Shown here piece by piece: positions 38,070-51,393 of a DNA stretch of 64,000 bases (the first letter of the stretch is position 1; each line of letters opens with the position of its first letter). The stretch spans positions 34,784,001 through 34,848,000 of the forward strand of contig NC_086097.1 of the NCBI RefSeq assembly GCF_963921235.1. Direction: 5' to 3'. The notes under the pieces were generated by a model. That model was given only the letters and a program-made list of their open reading frames with translations. It was not told the DNA's origin and did no database searches. The stretch is from Mobula hypostoma. Lineage: Eukaryota. Position numbers and translations under genes: made by a program.

Positions 38070-38250
38070 TCTCCTCTTCTTCTGTCCATCACCTGTACTG
38101 GGGCACAGGCTGCCGATTGCAGCTGGCCATAGTATTCTGTCTTTTAGGTGTAATCCATTGAATGTCCTTCCACTCCCAGGGATGAGGTGTTGGCGTTCCT
38201 GTAGCTGTGGGTCTTTACAGGATGGGGTTGCTAACCCCATGCCCAACACT
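38070..38250 (-). mobile_element. RTE-like short retroelement
   Basis: cttcttc tail and tttacaggatggggttgctaaccccatgcccaac. Resembles 21003-21420 in part. Confidence 0.5.
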
Positions 38251-40069
38251 GTTTTCTGCTCTGAAATTTTTTTACCTCAGTTCATCTTTGTACTCCCCTT
38301 ATTGTTCTCCATGTACTTTGTACAGGTACTTCTTCAACAATCTTATACTCTTCTGGATTTTTGTGTTTACCTACCAGTTACCCAGCAGCACTTACAGGTA
38401 CCCAATACATTAGTGGCATTCTGAAAAAGGATCGTTGGGACTTTATATTACATTGGGATTTTCGGTAAGTTGGGGATGCATTCGGACACAGTGGCCTCCC
38501 TGGGGCCAACCAAAGGTGTTTTAATGTTTTTTAAACACCTTTTTTGATTGCAGGACAATGCTGGGCATTAAGAACTTCAGGCCCTACCCTATCAGGGAGG
38601 TGCTCATTGGTAGAGGAACTGGACTTGGTGCACACCATGTAACTGCTTGCTACAGTATCATAGTCAATACGTGAAGGCAGAGTGCAGTCTAACAGCTTGG
38701 ACGTTTCTCTTGCAAGGACAATACCCTGTTGAACATTGATAATATAAAATGTTCCAAAGTTTTAACCAGAGGCAGATGGCAGATGAGCTGTGCGGAATCA
38801 GTTGTAGCGAGGAGTAGGCCTCAAATGGCAGGCTGTTGTAGCAGTCCACAAGAAGAGATGCCAGAGACCATGTAGCTCAGCCTCTGTTCTGGGTTGGGGG
38901 CTGGCCCTTTCCTTGGTTGCTGCCCTCCAGTGTTTGATTGGTGGAATGACAAGCTGGATTCCATGCATGCGTACTGCTGAGCACTGCTTGTTCTTGTCGA
39001 TAACACCCATGCACCTTCAATTTACAGGACATGTCACTCAGGAATTTGGACTATACTGTATATACTTTTGTTTGAATGTAGAGGTACTTGCTATCTATGC
39101 CTTACATGACTATTAGTACTGTGTTTTGCACCTTGGCCCAGGAGTAACTTAAACATTAACCAATCATCGAGTTTAATACAACAAATAAAATTTTAAAACT
39201 AGGAAAAAATCTGCCTTCACAAAAATCAAAAGTAACGTGCACCTTGGGTAAGTAAATTTATATTGTGAAATATTGACATGTAGCTAGAAGATATGTCTGT
39301 TATTCTAAAGGAAATTTACCATCATGCTAAAGAGAAGGTTCACTTACACGGATATGGACGTGTCCAAAGCTGATGAGTAGAATATGGCCTTTGTGTACTC
39401 GAGAAAGAAATTTACAAATTACTGTAGATCCTTTGGATGTGGAGTTTTGAAATCATTATTTTACAGTAAGATATTAAAGGCTTTCATTTTTCTATTTCTA
39501 ACAAATATTTTGATTGTTGGTTTCCTTGGTTATGAATAACATTTCTAGTTATGAACAGCCTGTCGAAGAAAGCTTTCATAATAAATCAAAAGGGTTTTGG
39601 GCATTTCGACCTTTTATTTACCAAACTACTGAGTGACTGTTTCATCTATTATTATTCCTGAAAGCCTGTGTGTTTACTTATTGAAACATACGATGTTTTA
39701 ACTCATTCATTTAGGTCTTTGAAGTGCTCCTTTTTGAAAGGCTCCTGATCACAAAATACCCTATTAGATGGTTGGAAGATTGCACAAGTGTCAGTATTAA
39801 GGATAGTAGGAACAAAACTTTTACAACAAAATTTATTCCAAGTCATTTGATTATTTGGTAGCAAGTCTTTCCCGAGAGCAGATCAGACTTACAAAAAAAA
39901 TCCCATTGGGATTGAATACTGGTGAAACAAAAGCCAAATACAAGACAAAAATGCTGAGAAATAGAGTTTGGGAATTAGGTCGCAATTATTTTGTTGGACT
40001 GAATTATATGAAATAAAGTATAATTGTCATCTCTTCAATAATAGTTGTGCTTTATATTTGAAACCAGAA

Positions 40070-41970
40070 TGAAAATCAAAGTTCTTTATATGTAACCATG
40101 AACAACCCTGGCGTTCGTTTTCTTGGAGGCACATGGAAGAAAAACAATAGAATCCATGGAAGATAGCACCCAATATGATGGATGAATGACCAGTGTGCAA
40201 AAGACAACAAATTGCCAAAACTAAATAATTAAATTGGTAAACAAATAAACAAGCAAACAAGAAATGTCGTGAACATGAGATGAAGGGTCCTCGAAAGTGA
40301 ATCCACAGGCTGTGAGAACAGCTCAGTGATGGGGCCAGTGAAGCTGAGTGAAGCTATCTCCACTGGTTAAAGAGCCTGATGGTTGAGGGGTAATAACTGT
40401 TTCTGAACCTAGTGGTGCGTGTCCTGAGGGTCCTGTGCCTTCTTCCTGATGGCAGCAGCAAGCGGGGGGCCTGACCTGGGTGGTAGGGATCCTTGATGAT
40501 GGATGCTGCTTCCCTGCAACAGCGCTCCTTGTAGATCTGCTCAATGGCTGGGAGGGCTTCACCTGTAATGAGCAATCAGAATCAAGTTTATTATCACTGA
40601 CATGAGTTGTGACATTTGTTAATTTAGCAGCAGCAATTCAATGCAATACATAATATAGAAATAAATCAATCAATCAGATCAATTACAGTAGACATATATT
40701 GAATATATTAAAAAACAGAAATAATATATATTAAAAAAGGGAGGTAGTGTTCACAAGTTCAATGTCCATTTAGGAATCAGATGACAGGGGAAGAATCGCG
40801 TGTGTGTGCCTTCAGGCTTCTGTACCTCCTACCTGATGGTAACAAAGAGAAAAGGGCATGCCTTGGGTGCTGGGGGTCCTTAATAATGGGCACTGCCTTT
40901 CTGAGTCACTGCTCCTTGAAGATGTCGTGGGTACTTTGTAGGCTAGTACCCAGGATGGAGACGTCTAAATTTACAACCCTCTGCAGCTTCTTTCGGTCCT
41001 GTGCAATAGCCCCCCCTCATACCAGACAGTGATGCAGCCTGTCAGAATACTCCCTGTGGTACATCTACAGAAATTTTTGAGTGTTTTTGTTGACATACCA
41101 AATCTTTTCAAACTCCTAGTGAAGTATAGTCGCTGTCTTGCCCTCTTTAAAACTGCATCGATATATTGGGACCAGGTTAGTTTCTCAGAGATCTTGACAC
41201 CCAGGAACTTGAAGCTGCTCACTCTCTCCACTTCTGATCCCCCTATGAGGATTGGTATGTGTTCCTTTGTCTTATCCTTTGTCCACAATCAACTCTTTCA
41301 TCTTACTGATATTCAGTGCAAGGTTGTTTTGCTGTGACACCACACTACTAGTTGGTATATCTTGCTCCTGTACGCACTCTCATCTCCATCTGAGATTCTA
41401 CCAACAATGGTTGTATCAGCAAATTTATAGATGGTATTTGAACTATGCCTAGCCACACAGTCATGGGTACAGAGAGAGTAGAGCAATGGGCTAAGCTCAT
41501 TTACAACCCCTGAGGTGCACCAATGTTGATCATCAGCGAGGAGGAGATATCATCACCAATCCACACAGATTGTGGTCTTCCAGTTAGGAAGTTGAGGATC
41601 CAATTGCAGAAGGAGGTACAGAGACCCAGGTTCTGTAACTTATCAATCAGGATTGTGGGAATGATGGTATTAAATGCTGATCTATATTCAATGAACAGCA
41701 TCCTGACGTAGGTGTTTGTATTGTCCAGGTGGTCCAAGAACGTGTGAAGATCCATTGAGATTGCGTCTGCCGTTGACCTATTGTGGTAATAGTTTTTGTA
41801 GGGTTTTCTGTTCAAGGGTATTGGTGTTTCTACACCAGGCCGTGATGCAACCAGTCAACATACTCTCCACCACACATCTATAATGGTTGTCAAAGCTTTA
41901 GATGTCATGCTGAGTCTTCACAGACATTTAAGGAAGTAGAGACACTGCTATACTTTCTTTGTATATTCAC
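40070..41970 (-). mobile_element. Nested Rex/Babar-type LINEs (a younger copy at about 40576-41790 inside an older one)
   Basis: ORFs 40354-40575, 40971-41288 (VERVSSFKFLGV...RQRLYF) and 41501-41815 (RSTADAIS...YVRMLFI...GAPQG). There is a second tail at 40576. Confidence 0.9.
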
Positions 41971-42227
41971 TGGTAATTTTATGTGTTTGCACTGTACTGC
42001 TGCTCCAAAACAACACAATTCAGGTCATTTAAGTCACTGATAATAATTCTGATTTTGAGTTGAACATTGCAGAAACATTAGTTATCATCCCTACTTCTGA
42101 CCTAATAAAGGAAATAAAGGCAGCTAATGATTGCATCTGTAAAAGTGTGTTTGTTTGATTTAAACAGTCTCCCTCCCAAAAAAACTACAGAAATGTTAGA
42201 TGAATGTTCGTGAATTTTAATAATTTT

Positions 42228-42430
42228 TAAGTTATATTTTTTCTGAATTCTTGATCCATGTCAGCCTTGTACAACTTATTAATTAGCCTGATTAGTGCAG
42301 AATTGACTTCAAAGCTTCAGCACATCTGTTTATATACCTACTGATGCTTTGAAGTCAATTCTGCTCTAATCAGGCTATCTCCTCAATAAATTGTACAAAG
42401 CAAACATGAATAAAGAATTTGTTTAACTTA
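42228..42430. repeat. Long inverted repeat (fold-back or MITE-like)
   Basis: 37-bp arms 42284-42320 and 42341-42377 match at 35/37, with a 20-nt spacer and weaker outer arms. Confidence 0.9.
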
Positions 42431-42516
42431 TTTGAAGGTGATTTTTTGATCAACGCTGAAGGAAATGATCTGCATAGTAAACAGGCAGCTTTAGACCCAG
42501 AAGAACATTGAAATTA

Positions 42517-42716
42517 CGTTCCAGCTTGTGCTGCTTTCCCTCCCCCCACGACATTCTGGCTTCTTCCCCCTTCCTTTCTTGTCCTGAGGAAGGCTCTGTC
42601 AGCCCGAAATATTGATTGTTTATTTTCCTCCATAGGTGCTGTCTGATTGCTGAGTTCCTCCAGCTTTTTGTGGGTCTTGCTCTGGATTTTCAGCATCTGC
42701 AGAATCTTTTGTGTTT
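42517..42716 (+). mobile_element. Penelope-like terminal repeat with a decayed hammerhead motif
   Basis: CTGAGGA at 42584 and GAAA at 42606, followed by tgctgagttcctccagc...cagcatctgcag. Confidence 0.8.
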
Positions 42717-44212
42717 AGAATTTGAAGGGTGTACAGGATCACTAACAGATTAAGCCTATTGCAGGGCAATGTTTTAAAAAAAAGTCTTTTGGTTTTATTT
42801 TCAGCTTTATTTAAAAGTTATTTATGCCTTACCCTGTAATCTCACACTAAATTTTCTGCGGGTGGCATGTATGACTTTTTTTGATTTATTTTATATTGGC
42901 CTAGATTTTAGTGTATTAGTATTAACTGGGCTGCCAAAACAATATCATCCGTGGAAAAACATTAAGTTGTTGTCATTGCTCTTCCACTGGGTGCTCTCAC
43001 TGAGTAATTACTGAAGAAAACTGTCCTGAACTAATGGATACTTGCCCTTTGTCTTTGCACTAGAATGATGAAAAGTTACAGGTTATACAAACAGTTTAAT
43101 CTGCCAAAAACAGTGCTGATAAATCTTTGTGTTTGGGGAAAAAAAGCTGATAGAATCAATTTAATAATGTGATATTTTTGAAAATAGCTTTTCAAAGCTT
43201 TCACAAACACCTATATGCTCCCTTATTTGTTCACAAGATGTGAGCATTGCTAACAAGGCAAGCATTTAATATGCTGTATATCCTTCATAAATCTTGAAGC
43301 CAGTGCTCATAATATTCAGTTTTCCATTGGTAGTGGTGATTAGAGAGCAGGATTTTGACTTGGTAATGAAAGAACGGCAATATATTTCTAAGTTGGATGG
43401 GGAAAATGTATTTTTCAATCTTTCTTTACCCTTCTTTATTCATGCAAGAATAAAACATCAATTGCATTCTGATTATCTAAATTACCTGTTTCATGAATCT
43501 TGTCATTGATCTGGTTATAGGGTTACAGCTGCATGATCTGCCTCTCAGATGTCATGTTGTTGAGGTAAAGAGTGTCATGCTAAATAAAATACTCGGGCAA
43601 TAAAAACCTCTGCTGACAACCCATTGAAAAATGAGGTGACCCTGCAAGAGCCATTTCCATGCCACCCACAGCAAAGTCCTGGCTTACTCATGCCTTTAAG
43701 GCAATAGTAAGTCTTTGCTAACCAACAATCATCAATATGGAAAATGGTGGAGGAATGTAATATTTTAATAATTCAAACATTTTCTATCTTTCAGCATCTT
43801 GAGAATTTCTTGTAAAAATTTAGCTTAAGAATTATGCTTAATTTTTTTATTCCTCATTTGGTAATACATAAAAAAATGGCTTTTGTTGAGCCTTGTTATC
43901 AATAATATACTATAGATTTAAAATAGAATAAATAGAGCATCAGTCTTGCCTGGTTTAAGAACTTTGGATTCTTCTTCACATCTCACTTCATTGTTCTGCA
44001 GTTCCTTTCTTTAAGGACGATAGAATATTTTCCAGTTTTCAGTGATAACAATATCTCTACTAAAATATCTTTGGGCTTTGATGTTATTGAAATTCATTAA
44101 TTAATTATGTATTGTTCTAGCTTTGATTATTTTAAGTTTTTAATACTGGAATGGAGTGCATTATTCTAAGTTATGTATATTTTAAGGTGTATACATAATT
44201 TTGCTGTAATTC

Positions 44213-44805
44213 TAAGTTCAAAGTCATTTTATTATCAAAGTACATATATGTCACCATATACAAGCCTGAGATTCATTTTCTTGTGGGCATACTCAACAAA
44301 TCTATAGAATAGTAACTATAACAGAATCAGTGAAAGACTGCCCAACTAGGGCCTTCGACCAGAATGCATAAGACAACAAATTGCAAATGTAAATATTAAT
44401 ACATAGCAATAAATATCGAGAACATGAGATGAAAAGTCCTTGTAAGTGAGTACATAGGTCGTGGGAGCATTTCAGTGATCGGGCTAGTGAAGTAATTCCC
44501 TTTCAGCAAGAGCCTGATGCTTAAGGGGTAGTAACTGTTCTTGAACCTGGTGGTGTGAGTCCTGATGGCAGCAGCGAGAAGAGAGCACGATCTGGGGGTG
44601 ATGGGGAACCCTGTTGATGGATGCAGCTCTCCTACAACAGTATTTCATGTGGATGTGCTCAATGGTTGGGAGGGCTTTACCCATGATTGACTGGCTGAAT
44701 CCACTACTTTTTGTAGGATTTTCCGCTCGAGGGCTTTGATGTTTCCATATCAGGCTGTGATGCAACCAGTCAATAGACTCTCCACTATACATCTATAGAA
44801 ATTTG
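44213..44805 (-). mobile_element. Rex/Babar-type LINE 3' end
   Basis: Homologous to 26710-27300. aagttcaaagt tail. Confidence 0.85.
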
Positions 44806-45401
44806 CCTCTATTTATTATATGCTACATTTATTTGTACGTAATCATTATAAGTAATGCCACATGAAATCCTCTGATTTTTAATTCACTTAAATGTGAACC
44901 CTGACTGAATCAGTGACATGAACAATTTGCTCACACTGTCTTATTTTTCTCATTTTAGTATCCTTCATTTTGCATTACTATCGCTTTTGCTGGAGCACTA
45001 TTTAAAATTTTGGTAGGTAACAGCAAATTGTGGTAGTGAGAGTTGTAATGAAGCTTTGGCATCCAAGGACAAAGCTTCTTGCTGCTTTGGTAATGCAGTA
45101 TATTTGGGAGGAAAAATGACTTCCCTGGCTTAAATATGTGTGCTTTTGGTGTTTGCTGATTTCCACATTGAACCAACTCAGGCTGAAACTTTTGGTATTA
45201 TAGTTCCAGAGCAGGACTTTACTTGAGAGTGAAGTAGATGTGTATTGTCATACTTTGTTGTATAAAAGTGCTGAAGAAAAATGCTTGTTTGGTGCTTCAT
45301 AAAATCACAATTAGTGGAGAATCATTATAAATATTGATCCCTCAAGGAGGTTTTGTAATTAAGGTCATTTCAAGCTTGGATTACTTATAAATAAGGGAAG
45401 A

Positions 45402-46036
45402 CCGTAAGACATAGAAGTAGAATTAGGCCGTTTGGCCCACAGGTTCCGGTCTGCCATTTGATATTCAATAAGTTTCAATATTCGATAGGTTACAATGCGA
45501 TTCCACCCCCCCCTCTTCTAAACTCCATTGAGCCCAGGTTCAGAGTCACTAAACACTCCTAATTTGTTAACTCTCTCAATCCCAATGTCATTCTCATCAA
45601 CCTTCTCTGGGCCTTCTCCAATGCTAGCACATCCTTTCTTAGACAAGGGGCTAAAAACGGCTCAGTACTCCCAAGTGCAGTCTGACCAGTGCCTTATAAG
45701 CCTCAGCGTTACATCCTTGCTTTCATATTCTACTCCCTTTGAAAGAAATGCTGCCATTTGCCTTCCTTACCACTGATTCAACCTGCTAGTTAATCTTTAG
45801 GCAATCCTGCACAATGACTTCCAAGTCTCTTAGCATCTGATTTTTCTCCCCATTTAGAAAATAGTGTACACCTTTATTCCTTCCATCAAAGTACATGACC
45901 ATACATTTCCCTACATGATATTCCATCTGCCACTTTGTCCATTCTTCTAATTTCTCTAAGTCCTTCTGAAGACCCCCTGCTTCCTCAGCAGTACTTGCCA
46001 CTCCACTTATCTTGGTATCTTCCACAAAGTCATCAA
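45402..46036 (-). mobile_element. CR1 LINE fragment with an internal deletion
   Basis: ORF 45786-46043 (FVEDTKISG...LQKDLEKL..W.KWQM) and a taagacatag tail. Confidence 0.85.
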
Positions 46037-46038
46037 TG

Positions 46039-46697
46039 CACACAGGATGCTGGAGGAATTCATCGGGCCAGGCAGCATCTCTGGAAAAGAGTAAACTGTT
46101 GACGTTTTGGGCTGAGACCCTTTGTCAGGTCTAGACAAACAGATGAGAAGTTAGAGCAAGAAGATGGAGGGAGGGTAGGAAGGAGTACCTGGTGGTAGAT
46201 AGGTGAAACTGGGAGAAGGAGATGGGTGATGCAAAGAGCTGGGAAACTGATAGGTCAGAGGGATAGAGCTGGAGAAGGGGGATTCGAATAGGAGAGGGTA
46301 GATGGCCATGGGAGTAAGGGAAGGGGGATGAGCACCAGAGGAAGGTGATGGTCGGGTAAGATGAGGTAAGAGAGGGATACTGTAAAGGGAATGGTGAAGT
46401 GGGGGGGGGCAGTTATCAGAGGTTTGCGAAATCGATGTTCATGCCTTTGTGTTGGAGGCTACCCAGACAGAATATAAGGTGTTGCTCCTCCAACCTGAGT
46501 GTGGACTCATTGTGGCAGTAGAGGAGGCCATGGACATTTTGGAATGGGAATGAGAAGTAGAGTTGAAGTGGGTGGCCATGGGGAAATCCCGCTTTTTCTG
46601 GCGGGCTTGGCGAAGTGGTTTCCTAATCTACACCGGGTCTTTCTGATATACAGGAGGCCACACCAGGGGTATCAGATACAGTAGATGACCCCAACAA
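46039..46697 (-). mobile_element. Penelope-like element 3' fragment with a GIY-YIG endonuclease remnant
   Basis: The minus strand reads VGVIYCI*YPWCGLLYIRKTRCRLGNHFAK...VHGLLYCHNESTLRLEEQHLIFCLGSLQHKGMNIDFANL*, followed by the terminal repeat. Confidence 0.9.
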
Positions 46698-48080
46698 AAT
46701 CAAGATGCTAAAGTCAAAACTAAAGCTATTCTGATGCTCACTCAAATATCCCATTAAAGTTTCCATTTTAACAATTAAACTCTACTTTTATTAAAATTAC
46801 GTCGGGTTTGCTTAGCATATGCTAACTTTTATTAAACCCTCCCACCAGGCTTGTTCACTTTTTAAAAGAATGGGTAAGCTGGAATGTCAAGTTTGAGCCT
46901 CTGACAAGAGCCTGGTTGTGTTGAATTTGGACTACCTTGAAGATCTGAATCTTAATTACACTTTTTAAAAAATTCACTGCTAGTTTACTTCACTGGTGGG
47001 TGATAGTGGATATGCTATATTCAGGATAAGGCACACATCTGGTGAGCTGGGAGTGAACATGGAAGGGAACCGAGGTTGTGCAATGGCCCTAAACCACTAG
47101 TGGATTAGTCAGGATTTTGGTCCAAAGATGATGTTCCCCACAGCAGGCCTGAAGTGATGTCCACTGAAGGTTTCTAAACTAGTGAGATCCTAAGCAGGTA
47201 CCACAGCCCTTTACTGGCTGCCTGATCTGTACTGACAGGACCCAGCTTCATGTTGGGTTAGGGTTGGATTGGGTATTGAAAAAATTTCTTGGAGATAAAC
47301 AAAACTGCAGATGCTGGAATACTTATTGCTCTATAACTTCTAGTTGGGATAAGGTTGTTTGACTGGTTAGTTCTTGTAATATTTAAGTTTTAAACTTGAG
47401 CATACTGCTACTGGATTGGTTGCTTCACAATCGCCAAGGTATATTTCCTCCATTTCACTGCTCACTTTTAAAACTCATGACAACTCTCTCTCCTTGAGGG
47501 TAACATTGAAACGCTCTTCATTAATATATCAAGTGAGGAAAAAGTTTGATCATTAGTTGGCTCATTTTGATATGGAAAATATTTCAGATGATACTGTTGA
47601 AATGTGCTATACGAATCACAAACATTAGCCATTGAATAAAAAGCAGGAAGTATGTATTGCATAGTGGAACAGGATTAATATGTGTCTGGCACTGATATGG
47701 TATGAAGGCTAGAGAACACTGCTCTGAAATAAGAAAAGGGCAATTGTAAAATCAACTTGCCCGCTGACACAACATTATGTTGAAATACGGACAGTTTTAA
47801 CAACTGGCTATTGGCCTTTACCTTGTGAACTTGTAATTCTAAATAACAAGGCAGTTTTGTGAATTGTAGCCTACGCATCCAGAATTTCCTCCTTTTTTCC
47901 CTTACTGTGTTGAATAAGATTTTTGGTTCTTCTATTTTATCTGAAGTATCATTCCAAATATTCATATTGTCTCCAAGAGAAAAAAATCTTCTGCAATTCT
48001 CTTTCATGTGTTACCAGTCTAAGCTTTGATGTAGTGCTGCAATTTACGGTTGAGGTATACAATTTTGTATCCCAAATATT

Positions 48081-49473
48081 TAGTGCCTTGAAAAATTATT
48101 TGCACCCAACCCTTTCTTCACATAAATGAGTATTGCAAGTAGGGATTTTCATAAAGGAAACTGAGAATTATTATTTGTGAATCACATGTTCCTCTTTTTC
48201 ACAGGGGAAAAAGAAATAGGGAAGGCATAAAATACTAAAAATTCAAAAACTGAAGTATCAGTAGTTCAAAAGTGTTCAACCCCTTGCTCAGTACTTAGTT
48301 GAACCTCCTCTCACAGCTATTACAGCTAGAAGTCTTTTTGGATAAGTCTCTATTAGCTTTGCACAACGTGATGGAGCAAGATGTGCCAATTTCTCCTTGC
48401 AAAATTGCTCGAGCTGTGCCAGGTTAGTTGATAGCAATCTTGTGGTCTTGCTAGAGATATCTGATCAGGTTAAGGACAGTACTCTTACTGGGCCACTCAA
48501 AGACATCAATTTTCATCATTGGAAGCCACTCCATGGTTGCTCTGGTAGTGTGCTTTGGGTTGTTGTTCTGCTGGAAGACTAACTTTCTCCCCAGTTTAAA
48601 CTTTCTGGTAGAGGCTAGCAGGTTTTTATTCAAGGTCTCTCTGGATTTAGTAGCATTCGTCTTCCCATCAGTCCTGGCCACATGCCCAGTTCCTACTGAT
48701 GAAAAGCATCCCCATAACATGATGCTACCTCCACCATACTTCACAGTAGGAATGGTGCTACTGGCTGATGCGTAGTTTTAGATTTATGCCAGACGTACCG
48801 CTAAGTGTTTGGACCAAAAAATTACACTTTAGTTTCATCTGACCACAAGATCTTCCACATCTTTACAATATCTTCCAAGTGGCGCTTTACAAAGTCTTTG
48901 TGTGCATATGCTTTTTTTTAGCCAGGGTTTTTTCCTTGTCACTCTTCCATAATTACCCTTTTTATGCAAGGCCTTCGATATTGTGGAGCCATGAACTTCA
49001 TATCCAGTTGCGGCCATTAACTTCTGCAGCTCACAGGACTGTTGGCTTCACAAGTAGCCTCTCTTACATGTGCCATACTTCTCTGGCGATTTAAGTTTAG
49101 AGAGGCAGCCTGACCTAGGCAGTGCAGCTGTAGTTTCATATTTTTTCCCCAATTTTTCATGATGGACTGCATGGAGGTATTTTCAGCTGGTAGTGTACCC
49201 TTCCCCAGATTTGTGTTTCTCTATTATCATATTCTTAAATTGTCTTGAATGCTCTTTTTGTCTTCATTTTGGTTTGGATACTTTTTCAATCTCATAATTC
49301 TGGTTTTTCATTTTTAGTAAATTGTTGACAGGTTTGGGAATTTTGATTTGGCATGATGCACAATGTTTTATTGATTAGCTCAAAAAATCCTACTTCAGTA
49401 TATTTTAAATTTAGAAAATGAGACAGTAAAATGTGAAATTAGTTGTGGGGCTGAATATTTTTTCAAGGCATTG
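48081..49473 (-). mobile_element. Tc1-like DNA transposon, both ends present, transposase decayed
   Basis: TIRs tagtgccttgaaaaa and tttttcaaggcattg-TA. ORF 48451-48744 reads KYGGGSIMLWGCFS...FQQNNNPKHT...EWPSKS..LN. Confidence 0.9.
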
Positions 49474-50104
49474 TATATTTAAAAAAAGTTCTCAGGACTT
49501 CTCCCATTTTTGGCTCTAAACTCAATCTGTTAACACCCAGGATCAACTGCATGGTTTTCATTTCATTTCCCTTAAGGTTTGAATGTTTAGCTAAAATTGT
49601 AAACTATACTCAATGCTGTCTGACCAGGAATACCGTAATTTTAATGCTGACTCACCATCTCCTATTCCATTTCTTTCACTTTTCTGATACTTTCACAATA
49701 TATCTGAAAATGTATGCACATAAACCTAAAATGTTACTTTCATTGTCTACCTCAGCCTTGATTGGATTGAATTTTTTGTGCTAATGTTCCATTTTTGAGA
49801 TATTTTACCTCAGATTTTTGGCTATATTTTGCTTGCACAGGAACTGTATCCATCACTTACAATTGCCATTTCTTTGGTTGACATGGGATTACGATTCTGT
49901 TCCCTATTTTTCTTCATAATAAAAGAAAAGCTACTGCAGATTTTTCTTCTTCTCAAGTTCATGTCCACAGAAGCTTTAAATAGAATCTTGCTACCTTTAT
50001 CAGTTTCTCGAAATTTTTCTACAGATGACTTGGGGTACTTTCTCAAGAGTTCTATCAAGCAAAATTCTGCTACCATGAAACTTAAATTCTGTTATCATGG
50101 AATG

Positions 50105-50425
50105 CCTAGGTAGAGTGGACATGGAGAGAATGTTTTCAATAGTAGGAGAGTTTGGGACCAAAGTGCACAGTCTCAGAATGGAAGGATGTCCCTTTAGACC
50201 AGAGATGAGGAGAATTTTTTTTTAACCAGAGGGTGGTGAATCTTTGGAATTGGATGCCACAGAAGGCTGCCTAGGCCACAGTTAAAATGGAGGTTAGATT
50301 CTTGGTTAGAAAGGGTGTCAAAGGTTACATGGACAAAGGCTGGAGAATGGAATTGAGAAGGATAATAAATCAACCATAATCAAATGGCGGACTCGGTGAA
50401 CTAAATGGCCTAATTTTACGGTCTA
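50105..50425 (+). mobile_element. CR1 LINE 3' end
   Basis: Homologous to 33570-33890. Confidence 0.85.
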
Positions 50426-51393
50426 ACAGCATTAGTGCTGAATGTTTACACATCTTAACTAACCCAATTTATGGTTTTCAAACATAGCCAATATTGTAGC
50501 TACATTCTGAACATAATTTTGGTAATGCATTTTTCTCTTGAGAATTGTATATATAAAAACATCAGCATTTCCTTTCACACTCTTGTCATTATCTATAAAT
50601 TTACAGTATATCTACTACTTTCTGTTTTACTTTCACTTCAAACAGTTTTAATTAACACTGTCAATCAATTGATAGTTCCAATTTTTCTAAATTGGCATGA
50701 AGCCCAAGATCCTTGAAATTATCATGCACCTCTTTTATAGCCACCCAAAGATAGATATTATTTGTTTTAGTATTGGAATGACAATGTACTTCAAGTACTT
50801 GCAGTTGTTTAAAAAGTGTATATACAGTTGCAAAAAAGTTTAAAAAGAAGATAATTTGTGTTTTGGAATGGCTAAGTCAGGGTCCATACCTGAACCCAAC
50901 TGAGATGCTGTGGCATGACCTGAAGAGTACTCATTATGCAAGGTATCCCAGAAATGCTGATGAACTGAAACAGTTTTGTATGGAGGAACGGTCTAAAACT
51001 CCTCTTCACCATTGTGCAAATCTGATCAGCAGCTACTGGAAACATTTGGTGGAGGTTATTACTGCTAAAGGAGGTTGCGTCAGTTGTTAAATACAAAGGT
51101 TCACATTCTTTTTCCAGCCTGGACTCTGAGTGATTAAACAATGTGTCATAAAGATATGAAAAGTTCAAAAAAGGTTCATTTTATTGTTAAAGTATGCATG
51201 TGTAGTACAATTCTGATATTTGTCTGCTCCTGATAGCCATTAAATATGGGACGACCATGGGTGTTGATGAAAAAAAGACATTAACTCGCTCCCCCAACCA
51301 GAACGAAAAAAAAAGCAAACCCGCAGACCCCAAAATCACCCCCCTCACCTGCAGCAAAAGCAGTCATAATAACATTCAAAGACCCCCTTCACA

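Noticed and set aside
49480..50113. Overlapping opposite-strand ORFs (49822-50076 and 49829-50113)
   Set aside because: No recognisable protein or splice structure. It may be very old LINE debris, and I cannot assign it.
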